From NCBI GenBank assembly GCA_009377645.1, contig WHTQ01000003.1, positions 21,528-85,527 on the forward strand: a stretch of DNA of 64,000 nt, given 5' to 3'. The first letter of the stretch is position 1. Each line of letters starts with the position of its first letter. The notes beneath the pieces were generated by a model. The model was not told the origin of the DNA, ran no database searches, and was given only the letters and a program-made list of their open reading frames with translations. This stretch comes from Micromonosporaceae bacterium. GTDB taxonomy: Bacteria > Actinomycetota > Actinomycetes > Mycobacteriales > Micromonosporaceae. This document shows, piece after piece, positions 60,447 to 64,000 of the stretch. The translations under genes and the position numbers were made by a program.

Positions 60447-61439
60447 ATGCCGGCCGTAACCGTGGACGACGTTCTCGTCCTCCCTCGGGTCCCCGCGCCC
60501 GACCCCGCCACCACCGCGTACCGGGATGTGCGCCGGATCATCACCGCGCCGGCCGGGTACGAGGGCGAGGGGTTCCCGGTACGGCGGGCGTTCGCCGGCG
60601 TACCGGTGGACGAGCTGGACCCGTTCATCCACCTGGACCAGATGGGTGAGGTGGAGTACGCGCCGGGCGAGCCGAAGGGCACCGCCTGGCACCCGCACCG
60701 GGGGTTCGAGACCGTGACCTACATGATCGACGGGATCTTCGACCACCAGGACTCGAACGGCGGCGGCGGCACGATCACCAACGGCGACACCCAGTGGATG
60801 ACCGCCGGGGCGGGGATCCTGCACATCGAGGCACCGCCGGAGCACCTGGTGGCCAGCGGCGGCCTGTTCCACGGGCTGCAGCTGTGGGTGAACCTGCCCC
60901 GGGCGAAGAAGCTCTCACCGCCGCGGTACCAGGACATCCGGGGCAGCGCCGCCACCCTGCTCACCAACCCGGACGGGGGCGCCCTGATCCGGCTGATCGC
61001 CGGCGAGCTGGCCGGCCACGAAGGCCCCGGCTCGACCCATACCCCGATCACGATCGCGCACGTCACGCTCGAGCCGGGCGGCCGGCTCGACCTGCCCTGG
61101 CGGGCCGACTACAACGCCCTGGTGTACGTGCTCGCCGGCACGGGCACCGTCGGCGCCCGCCGGCACCGGCTGCACACCGGGCAGCTGGCGGTGCACGGAC
61201 CCGGTGCCGCGCTGCGGATCGAGGCCGACCCAACGCAGGACTCGCGTACCCCGAAGTTGGAGCTCTACCTGATGGGCGGTGAGCCGATCCGTGAGCCGGT
61301 CGCCCACTATGGCCCGTTCGTGATGAACACCCGGGCCGAGCTGCTCCAGGCGTTCGAGGACTACCAGGCCGGCCGGCTCGGGACCGTCCCGGCCGAGCGG
61401 GTCCCGCACACCGGCGGCTCGGACGACCCGCCGCGGTAG
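60447..61439 (+). CDS. Pirin family protein
   Basis: GFPVRRAF..., the HPHRGFETVTYMIDG cupin metal motif, and WMTAGAGILHIE. The Met at 60447 follows GAAGAGAGG. Confidence 0.9.
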   Translation: MPAVTVDDVLVLPRVPAPDPATTAYRDVRRIITAPAGYEGEGFPVRRAFAGVPVDELDPFIHLDQMGEVEYAPGEPKGTAWHPHRGFETVTYMIDGIFDHQDSNGGGGTITNGDTQWMTAGAGILHIEAPPEHLVASGGLFHGLQLWVNLPRAKKLSPPRYQDIRGSAATLLTNPDGGALIRLIAGELAGHEGPGSTHTPITIAHVTLEPGGRLDLPWRADYNALVYVLAGTGTVGARRHRLHTGQLAVHGPGAALRIEADPTQDSRTPKLELYLMGGEPIREPVAHYGPFVMNTRAELLQAFEDYQAGRLGTVPAERVPHTGGSDDPPR

Positions 61440-61503
61440 GCGCGCAGGGGCGGCGTCCGATCTGTTCAAGACACCGGCCACCGCCCCGCTTAGTATCAGG
61501 CTC

Positions 61504-61899
61504 ATGAAGCCTCAACTTGACCTCATCGGCATCGTGGTCGCTGACATGGCGGCGTCGCTGGCCTTCTACCGGCGGCTCGGGCTGGACGTTCCCGCGAGCG
61601 CGGACAGCGAGCCACACGTGGAGGCGACCCTGCCCGTCGGGCTCCGGCTGGCCTGGGACACCGAGGAGACCATCCGCTCGTTCGACTCCAGCTGGCAGCC
61701 GCCGGCCGGCGGGCACCGGATCGGCCTGGCGTTCCGGTGCGACGATCCGGCCGCGGTCGACCAGGCGTACGCGGAGCTGGTGGCCGCCGGTTACCAGGGC
61801 GCGCTAGAGCCGTGGGACGCGTTCTGGGGCCAGCGGTACGCCTCCGTGCACGACCCGGACGGCAACGCGGTAGACCTGTTCGCCCCGCTCAGCCAGTGA
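61504..61899 (+). CDS. VOC/glyoxalase family protein
   Basis: 131 aa, LIGIVVADMAASLAFYRRLG...YASVHDPDGNAVDLF. Confidence 0.8.
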   Translation: MKPQLDLIGIVVADMAASLAFYRRLGLDVPASADSEPHVEATLPVGLRLAWDTEETIRSFDSSWQPPAGGHRIGLAFRCDDPAAVDQAYAELVAAGYQGALEPWDAFWGQRYASVHDPDGNAVDLFAPLSQ

Positions 61900-61924
61900 C
61901 TCCGGCTCGGCCGACGGCATCGGC

Positions 61925-62662
61925 TCAGCCGGCGGCATCGGCGCCGGTGAGCACCCGGAGCGGCACGCCGGACAGCGCCCGCACCTCGCGCGCCAGATGC
62001 GCCTGGTCGGCGTAACCGGCCGCGACCGCCACCTCGGCGAACCGGACACCGGCGCGGGCCAGCCCGGCGGCCCGGCGGAACCGGAGGATCCGGGCGAGCA
62101 GCTTCGGGCCGTACCCGAACGCGGCCAGGCAGCGCCGGTGCAGCTGCCGCTCGCTGAGCCCGAGCGCGGCGGCGGTCGCGGCCACCAGGTCACCGGCCCA
62201 CTGCTGGCTCGCGACCGCAGCGACCACCGGGTCGGGCGGGCCGGTGACGGCGAGCCGGTCCCGCACCACCGCCTGGATCGCGGCCGCCCGGTCAGCCGCG
62301 CCGCTGAGCTGCCCAGCCAGCCGCCGGACCTGGCCGGCCGGCCATAGCGCGTCCAGCGGGACCCGCTGGTCCCGCAGCTCTTGGCCGGGCACCCCGAGCA
62401 CGGCCGGGCCGGCGCCGGGCGCGAACCGCACCGCCGCGTACGGCGTGCCGGGCGCGATGGTGGTCAGGTGTGCCCGGGTGTCCGGTCCGGCCACCAGCAG
62501 CCCGCCGGCCGCCCAGATCAGGTCGGTACAGCCGTCCGGGAGGATCCGGTGCACGGCCGCCGGGTGGCCCGACGGCGGGTCGCGGACCCAGACCGCATCC
62601 ACCACCCCGGCCAGCTCCGGTGCCACCGCCAGCTCCCGGTACACCCTTCGAGGGTGGCACAT
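61925..62662 (-). CDS. AraC family transcriptional regulator
   Basis: C-terminal HTH pair (LSERQLHRRCLAAFGYGPKLLARILRF...AGYADQAHLAREVRALSG) and N-terminal ILPDGCTDLIW. Confidence 0.85.
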   Translation of the reverse strand: MCHPRRVYRELAVAPELAGVVDAVWVRDPPSGHPAAVHRILPDGCTDLIWAAGGLLVAGPDTRAHLTTIAPGTPYAAVRFAPGAGPAVLGVPGQELRDQRVPLDALWPAGQVRRLAGQLSGAADRAAAIQAVVRDRLAVTGPPDPVVAAVASQQWAGDLVAATAAALGLSERQLHRRCLAAFGYGPKLLARILRFRRAAGLARAGVRFAEVAVAAGYADQAHLAREVRALSGVPLRVLTGADAAG

Positions 62663-62689
62663 CCGCCCGGCCGGGACGACCCCGGCGGG

Positions 62690-63631
62690 TCAGATCGCCG
62701 GGATTACCTCGGCGGCCAGCAGGTCCAGGTGGTCCAGGTCGGCCAGGTCCAGCACCTGCAGGTAGGCGCGGGAGGCGCCGACCGCCCGGTAGGCGGCGAG
62801 CTGCTCGACCACCTGCTCCGGCGTGCCGGCGAACCCGCCGGCCCCGCGGACCGCGTCCACCGACCGGCCGATCGCCTCCGCCCGGCGCTTCACCTCGGCG
62901 TCGGTGCGGCCGCAGCAGACCGGTCCGGCCATCGAGCACACCAGCGGTGCCCGTCCCGCCCCCGCCCGGTCCAGCTCCTGGCTGGACCGGGCCGCGGCGG
63001 CGAACCGGGCGCCGGCCACCTCCACCGTGGAGAAACCGACGTTGAGCTCGTCGGCGAACCGGGCGGCCAGCCGCGGGGTGCGCCGCGGGCCGGTCCCGCC
63101 GACGATCACCGGTGGGTGCGGTGACTGCACGGGCTTCGGCAGCGCCGGCGAGTCCACCAGCTGGTAGTGCTCACCGCCGAACGAGAAGGTCTCCCCGACC
63201 GGTGTGGTCCACAGTCCAGTGACGATCTGCAGCTGCTCGGTCAGCCGCGCGAACCGCTCGCCGCGCGGCGGGAACGGGATCCCGTACGCGGTGTGCTCCG
63301 CCTCGAACCAGCCGGTGCCCAGCCCCAGCTCGACCCGACCGCCGCTCATCGCGTCGACCTGGGCGACCGAGATCGCCAGCGGTCCAGGCAGCCGGAACGT
63401 GGCCGAGCTGACCAGCGTGCCGAGCCGGATCCGGGACGTCTCCCGGGCCAGCCCGGCCAGGGTCGCCCAGGAGTCAGTCGGCCCGGGCAGCCCGCTGGCC
63501 GAGCCCATCTTCAGGTAGTGGTCGGAGCGGAAGAACCCGTCGAAGCCGGCCTCCTCGGCCCGGCGGGCGACCCGCAGCTGGTCGTCGTAGCCGGCCCCCT
63601 GCTGGGGCTCGATGAACACGCAAAGACGCAT
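62690..63631 (-). CDS. LLM-class (luciferase-like) F420-dependent oxidoreductase
   Basis: MRLCVFIEPQQGAGYDDQLRVARRAEEAGFDGFFRSDHY, typical of the Rv1855c-like subfamily. Confidence 0.85.
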   Translation of the reverse strand: MRLCVFIEPQQGAGYDDQLRVARRAEEAGFDGFFRSDHYLKMGSASGLPGPTDSWATLAGLARETSRIRLGTLVSSATFRLPGPLAISVAQVDAMSGGRVELGLGTGWFEAEHTAYGIPFPPRGERFARLTEQLQIVTGLWTTPVGETFSFGGEHYQLVDSPALPKPVQSPHPPVIVGGTGPRRTPRLAARFADELNVGFSTVEVAGARFAAAARSSQELDRAGAGRAPLVCSMAGPVCCGRTDAEVKRRAEAIGRSVDAVRGAGGFAGTPEQVVEQLAAYRAVGASRAYLQVLDLADLDHLDLLAAEVIPAI

Positions 63632-63679
63632 CCGCCAAGCCTGCCATGGCCCGGCACCGGGCGGGCCGGCGGCGGCGGC

Positions 63680-64000
63680 TCAACCGGAGCTGATCCGTAG
63701 CACCTCCCCGGGTGCCACCCCGAGCACCACCGCCGCCCGGCCACCGTGGACCGCGACCGCCACCCGGTCGGTGGAGTCCACCAGCACCACCAGCCCACCC
63801 GCCGGCGCGTCGGCGAAGGTAGCCCCCCGGACCGCCGGCACGCCACCGACGCTGACCGCGTCCCCCAGCCCGCCCACCCCGGCCAGTGCGGCGCCGGGGG
63901 CCGCGAGCTGCACGTTGCCGAACCGGTCGACGGTCACCACCTCGGCCTCCAGCCACCCTGGTCCGGTGGTCACCACCGGGTCGGGCAGCCGGACCAGCTG
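63680..64000 (-). CDS. SAM hydrolase / SAM-dependent halogenase family protein (DUF62), C-terminal part; gene continues beyond the window
   Basis: EAEVVTVDRFGNVQL...GGLVVLVDSTDRVAVAVHGG. The reading frame stays open to position 64000. Confidence 0.7.
   Translation of the reverse strand, partial: QLVRLPDPVVTTGPGWLEAEVVTVDRFGNVQLAAPGAALAGVGGLGDAVSVGGVPAVRGATFADAPAGGLVVLVDSTDRVAVAVHGGRAAVVLGVAPGEVLRISSG

Overview
High-GC actinomycete chromosomal segment (gene content and order look Micromonosporaceae or Streptomyces/Mycobacterium-like; no taxon can be proven here). I found no rRNA, tRNA, CRISPR array, transposase or integrase by eye.

(1) 1-21.6 kb: conserved housekeeping/SOS neighbourhood, in the order nrdR, LysM (ChiZ-like), lexA, hflX, miaA, DUF349, miaB, rny, recX, recA, DUF3046. 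Three things stand out here. recA is interrupted by two full-size LAGLIDADG inteins, one inside the Walker A P-loop and one at the M. leprae-type GVMFG|SPETT site. An alanine-racemase paralog sits where dapF is normally found. A 14-nt motif is shared between the lexA leader and a 26-bp x3 tandem repeat upstream of recA.

(2) 21.6-25.9 kb: accessory genes, namely a secreted GH5-CBM2 cellulase, an SMR pump with its TetR regulator, an arylamine N-acetyltransferase, and a UdgX-type (KRRLH loop) uracil-DNA glycosylase.

(3) 25.9-53.0 kb: the main candidate for an undescribed system. It is a 27-gene, ~27-kb block lying entirely on the minus strand, with many 4-nt start/stop overlaps.
- Ring attack and cleavage: a Rieske dioxygenase with a 3Fe-4S-type ferredoxin and its reductase, a LigB extradiol dioxygenase, and a C-C hydrolase.
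- Lower pathway: 4-hydroxy-2-oxovalerate aldolase and acetaldehyde dehydrogenase.
- Decarboxylases: two UbiD-family enzymes plus one UbiX, and a split ComDE-like TPP decarboxylase.
- Other enzymes: two tandem MmgE/PrpD proteins, an amidase, a D-2-hydroxyacid dehydrogenase, and a leaderless NMT1/THI5-like protein.
- Uptake: three systems (TctCBA, NitT/TauT ABC, MFS).
- Regulation: an IclR regulator.
- No dihydrodiol dehydrogenase and no 2-oxopent-4-enoate hydratase are present.

(4) 53-64 kb: two head-on gene stubs that look like a rearrangement scar, then a PNPOx-like protein, a thioesterase, the Lhr helicase, two VOC proteins, a pirin, an AraC regulator, an F420-type LLM oxidoreductase, and a partial DUF62 SAM hydrolase.

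Many long alternate-frame or antisense ORFs in the track are GC artefacts and were not called. Start codons are my best choices and are often uncertain.
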